The notes under the pieces are model-generated. The model ran no database searches. It saw nothing but the letters and a program-made list of their open reading frames with translations, and was not told where the DNA came from. From the human T2T-CHM13v2.0 reference genome, Homo sapiens, in the NCBI RefSeq assembly GCF_009914755.1, contig NC_060940.1: DNA of 64,000 nucleotides; one strand, given 5' to 3'. Within the stretch, counting starts at the first letter, position 1, and each line of letters begins with the position of its first letter. A program made the translations under genes and the position numbers. Shown here piece after piece: positions 26,953 to 44,924 of the stretch.

Positions 26953-28327
26953 CACTATAGCATTTTCTTATGGTAGGTGGAAATTAAAGGCAAGTTATAT
27001 ATTCATCCCTAATTAAATGGATAAATAGATTATGATAGATGCATATTTAGCATACAAACATTAAGTGCATCCCTAACAACGTAGATGTCTATTCAAACAA
27101 AGTGAAAAAGTTTTGAAAAGGTAAGAAACGGAATGAGGGCTACTAGTGTAAATTAAAACATGCACAGACACAAAATAACACTATATATTCTAAAAGGACA
27201 CATATCTGTCCAAACACTAATAGACCAAACGCGTTAGATGCCTATGGGACAGTGCAGAGGAATGAGAATGGCGAGTGGGAATAAAGTGGAAAAAGTGAAT
27301 AAAATATAGTATTTAAGAGAGGACTTGCAGAGACCAATGATGACAGTGAGCACAGCATTCCATGGAGGGGTCATAATTTACCGAATTCCCCTACTGATAG
27401 ACAATGAGATTATCCAGTTCCTCGTAAGTATGGATTTGGGAGTTAGACCTCATTTCAGTGGCTGTGCAGTTTACTAGCCATTTGCCCTTGGAGAAATTAC
27501 TGAATACCTCTCAGCCTGAGTTCCTCTATTGTAAAACAGGAATAATAACCCCTGCCTGGTGTGATGGTTGTGATCATGTTTATAAACCGCTGGGCACAGT
27601 GACCAGCACACAGCACAAGCCAGCAAGCAGTTCTATGATCAGGAGAGACTTGCTGGGGCCAGGCCCACAGGACAGTGGGCCCCACTGGGCAGAAGCCAGA
27701 CTGATCCTGCTCACCCTGTACCCCACCTGCACCTGGCATACTCTCCACCCTTAGAGTGTCTTGAATGAATGTGGTTTCTAAGTCAGTAGTTTCAGGGTAA
27801 TTCATCTTCTGTGACATCTAACGGCCTAATCAGGTTACCAGGCACCTGTTACGTGTTTATTGAATAGTGGCTGTAAGTTCTTGCTTCTCACAGGGTGCCC
27901 TGTGAGTGTCTAAGGCTCATGTCCCTGATTTGTGGTTTATGTTGGAACCAGAGAACTGGGACTCCCCCTCTCTGCCCTTGCCCCTCAAAAGAACAAACAC
28001 TCAAGGATGACAGCTCTCAGATTATGAGTCAAAAATAGCAACTTCCTCCGCATAGGATGGCCATCACGGGAGTCAGGTCACTCCTGTGTGACCCTGAGCC
28101 TGTCATGTAACCACTATATGTTCAATTTACTCCTCTGCTAAGAGGAGATAAGGCCACCTGCCTTCCACCACCCCCCTCCCCCACGTTGTATAGTGTTTTA
28201 GGAACTAAGTTTGATAATGTCACAGCACCTTGAAAAGAATAAAGTCATATAATTAGCAATTATTTAAGAAATGCTGTCATTTTTATTACTAGTTCGATTA
28301 CTAATCTGTGTTTGGGGAGGGAGTTCA

Positions 28328-29020
<693 letters not shown>

Positions 29021-29055
29021 TTAGAGCCCAAGCCCGTTTATACAGAGGTCTGTGA

Positions 29056-29696
<641 letters not shown>

Positions 29697-31067
29697 TGAC
29701 CTTGTGATCCTCCCGCCTCGGCCTCCCAAAGTGCTGGGATTACAGGCTTGAGCCACGTGCCCGGCCCCAAAGGGAAGTTTTAAAACAACAATTTTAAGAA
29801 CCCCTTCACAAAAGTCATCTCTGGAATGGTCCAGGAGAGAAGCTGGGAAATTCTTAACATACAAACAAACAAAAGCCCTTTTGCATGCACAACTCTGTTC
29901 TGGGAACAGAGTCCTCAAGCAGAAAAGGATCATAAAAGACTTCAGGTATAGGCTGGGTGCAGTGGCTCATGCCTGTGAACCTAACACTTTGAGAGGCTGA
30001 GGCGGGAGGATTGCTTCAGCCTGGGAGGTTGAGGCTGCAGTGAGCTATCATTGCACACTCCAGCCTGGGTGACACAGTGAGACCCTGACTCAAAAAAAAA
30101 AAAAAAAAAAAGAACTTAAGATATATTCAGTGCCTTCAGGCAGGCAAATCTCTAAGCATACCTTATTTTTCTCTTGCCAAAGAATTTAATCAATATTTTA
30201 TCACACCAACACCTCAAAATGCCCAATCGTAATTTCTCCTGCTCTGAATTTAAGCCTTTTTTTTTTTTTTTTTTTTTGAGACAGAGTTTTGCTCTGTTGC
30301 CCAGGCTGGAGTGCAGTGGCATGATTTCGGCTTACCACGGCCTCTGCCTCCCAGGTTCAAGCAATTCTCCTGCCTCAGCCTCCCTATTTTTTTTGCTTTC
30401 CATAGAGAAGGAGAAGGAGAGCACCTGCTTATGAAGCACACATTTTTAAAATCTCCTCATAATAGTGAAGACATTAATTGGAAGAAAATTTGTTATGGAG
30501 AATGGTCTGAGAAAAAAATAATTGGAAGTAAAAAACCCACTTCTCCCTTTAACTATTTCCTCCTAAGCAAGTCTCCCGTCTTGGCCATACTTCATAGGAC
30601 CTATGTCCTCCTTCTCCCTGTTCTCTAAAAATCTGTGTACTCCATTATCCTTTTTAAAATGCTAGGCAAATCAGGTAAGACCCTCGGATAAGGAATTGCT
30701 AATACAGTACACAGCAGAAAGCTTACTCCCCAGCCCTTACATGGAACCTCCTTTTGTTCATTTTTCTCTCTGGGACACCCATTGCAAGTTGCCTTCAGCT
30801 TGCAGAGATGTAACCTTGAGAGCTACTCCTGGGATACTTGTGCTTCTCTAGCCTTTTCCAGTCTAAATTTGTGCTGTTGAATTTTTGTACTTATTTGATG
30901 TATTGCCAAGCATTTAGTCTTTTTTTTTTTTTTTTTCGTATTTTGTAAGATCCTGGGCTTATTAGAACTGCCACCTTGGCTCAGCCCATGGTCCATTCAG
31001 CCAGAATTGTTTCTTTGACAGCAGAATTAGAAAATACATTTTAAAGGAGCTTGATTGTTTTCCCTGA

Positions 31068-31468
<401 letters not shown>

Positions 31469-31698
31469 TGATGTCTTAATGTTTTTAAATTTTAATGTTT
31501 TTAAACTTATGAGTTTGAATGTTTTTAAACTTACTGATGTCTCTTAGAAGTAATAATTTACATAAATTTACTATTAACTATGTATTTTTTTCTTTCATTC
31601 ATCCTTAATTGACTTTTTCTAAGATTCAAACTCCCCCATTACTAGTTCTTGAATTCTAAGATTTGGGGAGGGGAAAAATCCCTGTTCACTTTGTCTAA

Positions 31699-31899
<201 letters not shown>

Positions 31900-32310
31900 T
31901 AGCTGGGATTACAGACATGTAGCACCACGCCCGGATAATTTTTTTTTATTTTTAGTAGAGACATGTTTCACCATGTTGGCCAGGATGGTCTCGAACTCCC
32001 GACCTCAAGTGATCTGCCTGCCTCGGCCTCCCAAAGTGTTGAGATTACAGGCGTCAGCCACTGCGCCCGGCCCTGTCTATTTCTTTGCCCTAAAGGGACA
32101 CAAGGGAACAAGCACCTGAACTGGCAGGAGGTAGTAGAATGGGTTTCAGGAAGAACTTCTGAAAAGAAAGATGAGCTGATTATCCGGTTAGTAACTCAGT
32201 TCCTCAGCTCTCTTAAGTCCTAGATGAAAAGAATAAGTAGGCCGGTCGTGGTGGCTCACGCCTGTAATCCCAGCACTTTGGGAGGCTGAGGCGGGCAGAT
32301 CACGAGGTCA

Positions 32311-33084
<774 letters not shown>

Positions 33085-34228
33085 TCACTGCAACTTCCGC
33101 CTCCCTGTTTCAAGTGTTTCTGCTGCCTCAGCCTCCTGAGTAGCTGGGGCTGCAGGCGCCCGCCACCATGCCCGACAAATTTTTTGTATTATTAGTAGAG
33201 ACGGGGTTTCACCATGTTGGCCAGGCTGATCTCAAACTCTTGGCCTCAAGTGATCTGCCCACTTTGACCTCCCAAAGTGTTGGGATTACAGGCGTGAGCC
33301 ACTGTACCCGGTCTCATGAGATGTTAAGAATTATTTGATGATTTAGACGTGGACACAGTAGTTATATACCTCAAAAGAGGGATCTCCTCTGTAAATCTTC
33401 TAATTTCCCTTACTAATTATGAATACCCATTAACTAATTTAACCCCTTTTTGTGTAACCTCTGTTTATATCTTTTGCCTTTTCCACCTAAACTTATTTAA
33501 GCTTAAGTGAAGTTTTGTTTGCTCTACATTGACCTCCTCTTAAATTGTACATTCCCAGCTTCTGTATTTGGAGCATAAGTCTGTATCTACTCTTTCCATT
33601 ATTTCTGTGACTTTATAGATTCATCATGTTATTCCTCAAACATCATCTTTCTAGATCCAGCACTGAGGTAAAACTCAGAGGGGAGGGATGTAGAAGAGAG
33701 CAGAGGAAATTTAACAGAAAATTCTGGGGAGCTTTTCCAAATACAATGTGTCTGCTTCCCCCCTTCCCTGAGCGTATCAGAATCTTGGCTGGGGAAATGT
33801 GTTGTTGCTGTTGTTTTCAAGAGATAGGGTCTCCCTCTGTCACTCAGGCATTGGAGTACAGGGGCTCACTGCTGCCTTGAACACTGGGGCTCAAGAGATC
33901 CTCCCACCTCAGCCTCTTAAAATGCTGGGATTACAGGTGTGAGCCACCATGCCTGACTGAAATTTCAGTCTGACTGAAAGTTTTTGAGAACTTTCACATC
34001 TAATTCTAATGGTCAACTCTCTCTATCCCGTCATAGCCATTGTTCTGAACTGAAGGGCTCTTCAGTTCTTGGGGTCTTTTGGTTTTGTCATCATGAGGCA
34101 CTTCCTTCATTTCCGTGTTAGCTCATACCTGACATTCTGATGGAATCAACTTTTCCATTCGGTGTGTAACCAACAGTAGATGGGGATTACAACAGAAGTT
34201 TGAAATCTAGGCCAGGCACGGTGGCTCA

Positions 34229-34857
<629 letters not shown>

Positions 34858-34920
34858 CTATGGATCCCAGAGAACTATTAGACCGTTCCTGATGCAAATC
34901 CACCTCATCCAACAGCTTCT

Positions 34921-34941
34921 TCTTGACTTTTCTTCCAGCAG
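34921..34941 (+). other. Putative splice acceptor (tandem NAGNAG) of the OR2C1 coding exon
   Basis: Pyrimidine tract TCTTGACTTTTCTTC followed by CAGCAG, about 45 nt upstream of the ATG; typical OR layout with non-coding 5' exons. Confidence 0.55.
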
Positions 34942-34984
34942 CTTGCGCTAAATGAATTCATCAAGTGACTGAAGACAACCAGTG

Positions 34985-35923
34985 ATGGACGGGGTGAATG
35001 ATAGCTCCTTGCAGGGCTTTGTTCTGATGGGCATATCGGACCATCCCCAGCTGGAGATGATCTTTTTTATAGCCATCCTCTTCTCCTATTTGCTGACCCT
35101 ACTTGGGAACTCAACCATCATCTTGCTTTCCCGCCTGGAGGCCCGGCTCCATACACCCATGTACTTCTTCCTCAGCAACCTCTCCTCCTTGGACCTTGCT
35201 TTCGCTACTAGTTCAGTCCCCCAAATGCTGATCAATTTATGGGGACCAGGCAAGACCATCAGCTATGGTGGCTGCATAACCCAGCTCTATGTCTTCCTTT
35301 GGCTGGGGGCCACCGAGTGCATCCTGCTGGTGGTGATGGCATTTGACCGCTACGTGGCAGTGTGCCGGCCCCTCCGCTACACCGCCATCATGAACCCCCA
35401 GCTCTGCTGGCTGCTGGCTGTGATTGCCTGGCTGGGTGGCTTGGGCAACTCTGTGATCCAGTCAACATTCACTCTGCAGCTCCCATTGTGTGGGCACCGG
35501 AGGGTGGAGGGATTCCTCTGCGAGGTGCCTGCCATGATCAAACTGGCCTGTGGCGACACAAGTCTCAACCAGGCTGTGCTCAATGGTGTCTGCACCTTCT
35601 TCACTGCAGTCCCACTAAGCATCATCGTGATCTCCTACTGCCTCATTGCTCAGGCAGTGCTGAAAATCCGCTCTGCAGAGGGGAGGCGAAAGGCGTTCAA
35701 TACGTGCCTCTCCCATCTGCTGGTGGTGTTCCTCTTCTATGGCTCAGCCAGCTATGGGTATCTGCTTCCGGCCAAGAACAGCAAACAGGACCAGGGCAAG
35801 TTCATTTCCCTGTTCTACTCGTTGGTCACACCCATGGTGAATCCCCTCATCTACACGCTGCGGAACATGGAAGTGAAGGGCGCACTGAGGAGGTTGCTGG
35901 GGAAAGGAAGAGAAGTTGGCTGA
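34985..35923 (+). CDS. OR2C1: Olfactory receptor 2C1 (312 aa class II OR, 7TM GPCR), intact
   Basis: ATG at 34985 (the track starts at the upstream GTG). Motifs [38 protein letters not shown] and [12 protein letters not shown]; N-terminus [12 protein letters not shown]. Confidence 0.97.
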   Translation: MDGVNDSSLQGFVLMGISDHPQLEMIFFIAILFSYLLTLLGNSTIILLSRLEARLHTPMYFFLSNLSSLDLAFATSSVPQMLINLWGPGKTISYGGCITQLYVFLWLGATECILLVVMAFDRYVAVCRPLRYTAIMNPQLCWLLAVIAWLGGLGNSVIQSTFTLQLPLCGHRRVEGFLCEVPAMIKLACGDTSLNQAVLNGVCTFFTAVPLSIIVISYCLIAQAVLKIRSAEGRRKAFNTCLSHLLVVFLFYGSASYGYLLPAKNSKQDQGKFISLFYSLVTPMVNPLIYTLRNMEVKGALRRLLGKGREVG

Positions 35924-36652
35924 GAGAACACTCCTTCGTTATTTATTGCGTCTTCATCTCTACATGCGTTTCTCATTAACTCTCTCTGGCCAGGTGAACA
36001 TGAGGAATACTAATTCCGGTAAAACCAAGGCATGTTCCTGACAGCCCTAAGCTGACAGCCCTAAGCTGTTGGGAACATGGTTAGTGTTATTCGTAATGTT
36101 CTACACTTATTTACCAAAAATCCTACTGTGGACTACCGATAGCAGGGGAGACATGTTGTTGAGGGCTCAGAGGTTATTGACCTGTGACAGACCTGTCTCA
36201 CTGTCTCTGTCTCTGTTGCCCACATGTTATTTAATATGCCTTATATTTCTGCAGAATTCTGTACTTTTCTAAGCAAAGCACCTCCACTTGCAGTATCTTA
36301 CGTAATGTTACTATAATTCCATAAAATCAAGCCATGTATTATTAACTTCATATGAAGACCCAAACAATTCATGTTTTTACCCTATCTGTCATTATCTTTG
36401 CCTACCTCTTTTTGTCTCTTCTTCATTTTTTTTAAGAGTTGGAGTCTTGCTCTGTTGCCCAGGCTGAAGTAGAGTGGCATGATCTTAGCTCACTGCAGCC
36501 TTCAACTCCTGGGCTCAAGCAATCCTTCAGTCGTCTGAGTAGCTGGGACTATAGGCACATGCTACCACACCTAACTAATTTTTATTTTTATTTTTTACAG
36601 ATGGGGTCTCACTCTGTTAACAGCCCAGGCTGGTCTAGAATTCTTGGCCTCA

Positions 36653-37140
<488 letters not shown>

Positions 37141-37235
37141 CTACTAATCTATTATTTAATAATAAAAGATTAAGCCAGGCACGGTGGCTCACGCCTGTAA
37201 TCCCAGCACTTTGGGAGGCCGAGGTGGGTGGATCA

Positions 37236-37454
<219 letters not shown>

Positions 37455-40400
37455 TCAAAAAAAAAAAAAAAAAAGAAAGAAAAGATTAAAAAGGTCATTT
37501 GCAGCTGGGCACAGTGGCTCATGCCTGTAATCTCAGCACTTTGGGAGGCTGAGGTGGGTGGGTCACCTGAGGTCAGGAGTTTGAGCCAGCCTGGCCAACA
37601 TAGTGAAACCCCATTTCTACCAAAAATACAAAAATTAGCCAGGTGTGGTGGTGCACACCTATAGTCCAGCTACTTGGGAGGCTGAGGCAGGAGACTTGCT
37701 TGAACCCGGGAGGTGGAGGTTGCAGTGAACTAAGGTTGCAGTGAGCTGAGATTGCACAACTGCACTTCAGCCTGGGTGACAAGAGCAAGACTCTGTCTCC
37801 AAAAATAAAACAAAACAAAACAAAAAGGTCATTTGCCTTTTGATTCTAGCCAAAGAGGGTCCCTTGCTACTCTCTTATTGAAATCATCCCATCCAAAAGT
37901 CCCAGACATCAGATGTCTTACCAGCATTTGGGTATGCTAGTCTGGTCAGTGGATAATGGAATGTCCTAAGATTCCTTATGCAAATTTAAGACCCCAGGAA
38001 AGATCATCCATCCATAAAGTATGTTCTCTGCCTCAAGATCTAGTCTTGAAGCCCTGCAGTTCCTAAAATTCAGCAATCAGTTCAGCACACAATTAATTAC
38101 TCATCTTTCAGGAACTCACATGTTGGGATCAGAATGCCAATTTGTGATTCTGCACATTCCTAGAATTGCCAAAGGGATCCCCACCTGTTACCACAATTCA
38201 TTTACTATTTTCCCAGACAGAGAAGCTAGGTTAATATAAGAAAGTTGCATGACAACTACATTACCATAGAAAAGGGAATCAATAGGTTTTAGAACTAGTT
38301 CAAAAGGGGCTTTGGCTTTGTGTCCCCATAATTTTGAAACACATGCCTTATACATAGTAGATACTCAATAAGTGTTTAGCAAATATAATTAATAAGCTTC
38401 ATGAGTCCTCCTTTATCTTGCTAAGAACTAAATTTGTCAAATGGACCGTCTTCATGTTTGCCACTTTGGGGTCATCCCATCCCTTGGACAGCATTGAACA
38501 AACAATGATAAATGTTCCCTTTTCCACATTACCATAATTCCTTCCAAAGACATCTAATCATACTGTCCTGTCATGAGTTTGTTTTTCCAATAGCAGATCA
38601 AAGCCATTTTGCCAGTTCCTCATACAGCAATACTCAAATACGTCTCCAGAAGTAGACAACTGTTAACATTATCTTGGCGAATTTATTAAAGTCCAGAGTC
38701 TTGCAGGCTCAACACTGGTTTTGTTTTGTTTTGTTTTGTTTTGTTTGAGACAGAGCCTTGCTCGGTTGCCCAGGCTGGAGTGCAGTGGCGATCTCAGCTC
38801 ACTGCAACCTCTGTCTCCTGGGTTCAAGCAATTCTTGTGCCTCAGCCTCCTGAGTATCTGGGATTACAGGTGTATGCCACCATGCCAGGCCAATTTTTTT
38901 TTTTTTTTTTGGTGGAGACAGGGTTTCACCATGTTGGCTAGCTGGTCTCAAACCCCTGGTCTCAAGCGATTCACCCTCCTCAGCCTCCCAAAATGCTGGG
39001 ATTACAGGTGTGAGTCATCGCACATGGCCAGGCTCAACATTTTCATTGATCAGTACACTCAGATTAGGTCAAGTTCTCAAGAAGTAGGTTCACAATGACC
39101 AAGTTCCTAAAGCTGTTATATAAACCAAAATGCCAGCTGATTACGTTATGAGAACAGTACCAAGAGACTGAACAGTTGTATCCTCCAGTCAATTCATTTA
39201 AGTTGTGAAATAACTTGGGAGGAAATAGGAAGAAAATGGACAGGTATTCCTGAGACATATGAGTGCTGTAGAGCCTCCATATGGAAAAAATTGGACATTT
39301 TGTAACTAACACAGAGTTCTGGGTGTGGTAAGACACAGGGAATTAGAGGAAGAAGAACAAGCTGACTGGCTATGGTGAGGAAATGAATACATCACAGGGA
39401 TCGCATATAACTTCGTCAACACACATACGCTTATGTTCCATTCTCAATGGTGTTCATGAAACAAGGTCAAAATTTGGGAGGAAAAGAAGGAAATATAAAG
39501 CAAGCTCCTTGTTATTGAGGGTTTGGAGTCCTATTTCTAGGTGTCCAGGAAAAAAATATGTTTGGTGTCTTGTTCAGTTGGAAATTCAGGAAATGACAGA
39601 CAAAACCACCACCAAGGGCCGGGCACAATGGCTTACGCCTGTAATCCCAGCACTTTGGGAGAATGAGGTAGGCAGATCACTTGAGGTCAGGAGTTCAAGA
39701 CCAGCCTGGCCAACATGAGACTCTGTCTAAAAAACAAACAAACAAACAAACAACAACAAAACACTAAAACCACCAAGACCTATGAAAGACTCACCAACCT
39801 TAGTAAAATAGAAATGAAAAGCATTTGAATATGCTCATCTGCTCACTGGATTTAAGTGAGTTTGAGAGCCCATCGCATAGAGCCCTTCTCAGAGTCTGTC
39901 TGGATCCCATACCTTTCCGTTTAAGGTATCAAAGGCTGCCTGAATACCTCAAATGAGCAAATTCTGAAGCTGCCAATGAAGACAGTCAATCCTTTTCCAT
40001 TCTTCTCAGCCTTCAGGCTCAAGTCCAGGAAAGATTAGGAAAGATTAGAATCAAGGAACCGGGAAGAAATAGAAGTTGAAAAGTGACTTTGGCTTGCTGC
40101 ATATACACTTTAGTATGTGAGCTCTGAATTAGAGACTATGGTAGGACGCAGTGGCTCACACACCCGTAATCCCAGCACTTTGGGAGCCCGAGGAGGGAGG
40201 ATCGCTTGAACCCAGGAGTTTAACACCAGCCTGGGCAACATACTGAGATCCCGTCTCTACTAGAAATTTAAAAATTAGCTGAGTGTAGTGGTGCTTGCCT
40301 ATATCCCCAGCTACTCAGGATGGTGAGGCAGGAGGAACGTTTGAGCCCAGGAGTTCAAGACTACAGCGAACCGTGATTCCATCACAACACTCCAGCCTGG

Positions 40401-41098
40401 GAGACACAGTGAGGTTCTGTCTCAAATAGATACATAATTAAATAATAGACTAATTTGGAAGCTCTATTAATGACTTTGCAAAAAGGTCTAGTGTATTTGA
40501 CCAACGGTGGCTAAGTGTACTGAGTATTCACCATTTGCTAGATGAGGATCTAAACTCTACACACTTCCACTCATTCAATCCTCACAATCCATGGGCCACC
40601 TGCTATTATGCTTGTCCTCTCTTTTTTTTTTTTTTTTTTGAGACAGAGTCTCGCTCTGCCGCCCAGGCTAGAGTGCAGTGGCGTGATCTCGGCTTACTGC
40701 ATATGCTAGTCCTCATTTTAAGATGAGGACACTGCAGCATAAAAGGAAACTTGCCCAAGATCATGCTTTGGTAGGGTAGGGAATCAAAGCATAATCGTCT
40801 TGACTCTAAAGCTGTGCGTACTCTTTTTTGTAAAAACAATCGCAAACTTACAGAAAAGTTGGAAGCATGAAACAAAGACTTCCCCTGAACTCCAATTATT
40901 TGAGAGTAAGTTAGCAACCTGACACCCTGTCTTCCCCAAATATCTTGTGGTGTGTTTTCAACAAACAAGGACATTATCCTACAGAGCCACAATATAACCA
41001 TCAAAATTAGAAAAATGGGCCAGGTACAGTGGTTCACACTTGTAACCCTAGCACTTTGGGAGGCCGAGGTGGGCAGATCACCTGAGGTCAGGGGTTCA

Positions 41099-41314
<216 letters not shown>

Positions 41315-42838
41315 TTAATGAACATTAATACATTTCATTATCTAATCTGCAGACCCCGTTCAATGTTTGCCAACTGTCCCAACGATGCCTTTCATAGCGA
41401 AAGAATTTTCTTCACAATCACACATTGCATTTAGTTGTCATGTCTCTAGTCTTTGTCAGTCTGAGATGGTTCTTCAGTTTTTTTCTTGACTTTCATGATT
41501 GCCACACTATAAAAGATTGTTAGCCAGTTATCTGGTAGACAATGTCTCCATTTGGGTTTGAAGTTTCTTCACATATAGACTCAGGTTAGCATCTTTGGCA
41601 GGAATATCACAGATGCGAGGTTGCATTCTTCTCATTGTGTCCTATCAGGGGGTGTATATTTCAGTTGTTTTCATTTCTAATGGTGTTACGTGGATCACTA
41701 AATGAAGATTGTGTTGACCAGCTTTCCCATTGTTTCCCTCTTTGTAATTAATAAGTGTCTTATGGGGAAGTACTTTGAAACTATGTAAATATCCTGCTAC
41801 TAATTAAACTCAATTTGTTCATTTATTTGGTTCTATCTTATGCAATTAAGGTTTTCTGTTTTATTTAATGGTTTATAATAAGGGTATCCAACCCGCAGGC
41901 CACAGAGAGAAAGAGAAATACATATGTGTGTATATATATGTATATACTTATATCTGACATGCAAAGCAGTGCTCTGCCCTTGCTTTTTCCCACACTCAGG
42001 CTCTGCTTTCTCTTTCTCTCTCTCTTTTCTGTCCATTTAGTCATCTACTACCCTGCCCTCTGAATAGAAAGGCAGCAAGGTGCCTCAGAAAGTTCAACAC
42101 TCTGGGAGTCAAGAACTTGAGTATTTGGGTGCACTCTGCAACTAATTAGTTAGGGTAGTCAGTGGCTCTTTATAGCACTCTGTCTCATCATCTGTAAAAT
42201 GACTATAACAGGTGGCAGGAACATTGTAGGAATCAAAATAGATAATCCACATAAGAAATGCATGTGTTTAAAAAACTCCTCCATGGTTATTCTTAATCAA
42301 AGATGGCATACTTTTCTTAGAAGTGTCATCAACCTATTTCACATCCCACTCCCTGTATTTATATCCTGATGAGGTACTACTCCTTTGTGCTACCAGGGCC
42401 TTCATAAATGATGGATGAATGAAGGGGGGCAAGACTGAAGGCAGAAAGACTACATAGAAGCCTTAGTATGATCCTCCACTCTTCTTTCTCTCACACTCCA
42501 CATCTCAATCCAGTAGCTCCCTCTTCAAAATATACCCAGAATACCCAATCCGGAATCACACACACGTGAAAATTAGAAAAGTATTTGTATGTCCACCAAA
42601 AGAGGAATGGTCGATTATATATATTGTGGTGGGGGGAGGTGGGGAGCAGCATGGAAAAACATTTTAAAAAGAATATGCATGGTGGTACATGCCTAAATGC
42701 AGCTTTAAAAAATTATATATATATATAAACGAAAAGAAAAAAACAAAAATTATATATATAAATGGAATAAACCGACAAGAATCAGTAAATGTAAAAAAAA
42801 TTATATATTAAGAACCAGAAAGATATACACACTAGTAA

Positions 42839-43378
42839 TGTTACTAGTGGAGGGTGTCCAGGTTCTTGGCGTTTGGAACGAAGAACTGGACAAAACACAC
42901 AAACAAGGCAAGGAAAAAAATGAAGCAACGAAAGCACAGATTTATTGAAAACAAAAGTACACTCCACAAGGTGGCAGCCCGCAGAGCATAGGGGCTCAAC
43001 AGGCATGTGCCAGAATTTTTCTGGGGTTTAAACACCCTCTACAGGTTTCCTATTGGTCACTTGGTGTACACCCTATGTAAATGAAGTAGTGGCCCGTAAT
43101 CGGCCCTAGGTTCCCTTAGGTTGCTTTGTGCAACCAGAGGCTGAAGTGAAGTTACAAAGGTTACACGCTATGCAAGCATCTGATACTTTCAAATTTTTGT
43201 CTGCCACGCAGAAGAGGTGATGGAGTTTGTAAAGGGAGTAGCCTCCAGTCCTTTCAGTGGGTCCTTTCCTTACTTAGGTGGGGAAAGGGAAAGTTGGGGT
43301 TTTCCTTTTGATTTAGTTCTAGGAAGTCAGCGTGAATCAGTTAGGTTTCCTGCCTCCAGACCCTATTCCTCTGCCTCA
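42839..43378 (-). mobile_element. MER51-family ERV1 solo LTR
   Basis: Minus strand begins TGAGGCAG.GGAATAGGGTCTGGAGGCAGG and ends ..CCCTCCACTAGTAACA, with internal AATAAA. 4-bp TSD GTAA at 42835-42838 and 43379-43382. Confidence 0.8.
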
Positions 43379-43899
43379 GTAACAGTTATTTTCTCTAGGG
43401 AGGGAGTGTAATTTCAGAGGCAAAGTATGAATATATTTTGTTAATCATTTGTATTTATTTATTATTTATTTATTTTGAGACAATCTCGCTCAGCCGCCCA
43501 GGCTGGAGTGCAGTGGCAATTACCTCTCACTGCAGCATCGAACTCCTGGACTCAAGTGATCCTCCCGCCTCGGCCTCCCAAAATGCTGGGATTACTGGCG
43601 TGGAGACTTCAGTTTTAAGTGAGAACGTTTTGCAGTACTTACTTAATATTAAGAAATAAAAACAACTTAGAGTGGGGGGAAAAAAAGCCACTGGATTAGA
43701 TACGAGTTCTAGTCAACGAAAGTCACTTAAACTCTGTTTTGGCTTCCTCGTCTGGAAGATGAAAATGGTAATATAACTGACTGAGTAGGGTTGCTGTAAG
43801 TATGAGTTAGTGTGTAAATGTTTACAATTACGCAGGGCACACAGCAAGCGCCACGTTTTCTATCAGGGCTACTCTCACCTAACGCGTAAAACAGGATGG

Positions 43900-44420
43900 C
43901 ATGCCCAGCGGGATCCGGGCCCTGGGTTCTCAGGCATTGTGATTGGTCTCAGCATATGACGCAAGGCGGGTTTCATTAATGAAATTGCTGTCAATTAGCG
44001 AAGGGCGGAAACCAGGCGAAGAGGGCGGTCCTTTAGAACCACACTCGCGCGACTGGCTCCTCTCTTTACAGGCTTAGCTACTGCGCATGCCTCTGGTCCT
44101 CTTGAGGTCCCGGCGTGCCCCGCAACAGCTTCCGGCGTGCTCCGCAACAGCTTCCGGCGTGACGCAGTAGAAAAGGTGGCGTGGCTGGCGATTCGTGTTC
44201 GTGAGGGCCTTTTCTGGTGAGGCGGGGCTTAAGGGTTGTGGCTCTGCTCTCTGTCCTGAGACTTTCAGATTGCACTCTGGGTTCCTGGACGCAAAAACTC
44301 GGAGTGGCTGCGTGATGCAGAGTGAACTGGGTCCTCTGGGGACGCGTGGGGAACGTGGCAGTCCGGAGTGCCGGCTTTGTTGCCCTTCGGAGCTCCAGTC
44401 CGTTCAGGTTCCCCAGTGAG
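43900..44420 (+). promoter_or_regulatory. CpG-rich housekeeping-type promoter with a first-exon donor
   Basis: High CpG density in non-repeat DNA; NRF1-like TGCGCATGC (44082-44090); two ETS/GABPA CTTCCGG motifs in a 22-bp tandem repeat (44110-44161); CRE half-site TGACG (44160); donor CTG|GTGAGG at 44217. Confidence 0.75.
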
Positions 44421-44924
44421 GCCTCCTTTGAAGGGCTGGGTGCCTTTTGCCCTTCACGCTAAGAAAACACTCGTTTCCTAAAGCTCGATTGCGCCCTTGT
44501 GCTGAGCGGTGGGGACACGAAGACAGCACAGAAACGCTGTTTACTCTCAGCGAGCCCCCAGACTGTTGGAGTGGATAAACCCACCAGAAACAAATTACAG
44601 CGTTAGGCGGGTTAAGATGGAGCACCCTGAGAGATGTTACAGACAGGACCGGAGAGTTCAGAGGATTAGGATGCTTCAAGAAGATGGGGGTAGTGGCGTC
44701 ATCAATCCTCATCCTGGGGTTTTTGTCTTTGATGGTGCACTCCTTGAGGACATGAAATTTTTCTTCCACATTTCCGATACCTAGGCTCAGGTGCCCTTCC
44801 ATGGTTGGGAGGGATAGAGACCAGCTGTCTCTCGTGTTTATTATCTATGGAAAGGATGAATTAGGTCTTGGGGACTTCAGGAGGGAAAATTTTGGTGAGC
44901 AAAGGCACTAATATGTCCCTAGAC

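Noticed and set aside
35362-35979. 205-aa alternative-frame ORF overlapping OR2C1
   Set aside because: Off-frame by-product of GC-rich OR codon usage; GTG start and no recognisable domain.
44404-44802. 91-132 aa ORFs next to the CpG promoter
   Set aside because: No recognisable homology, and they lie downstream of the exon-1 donor, so they are probably intronic.
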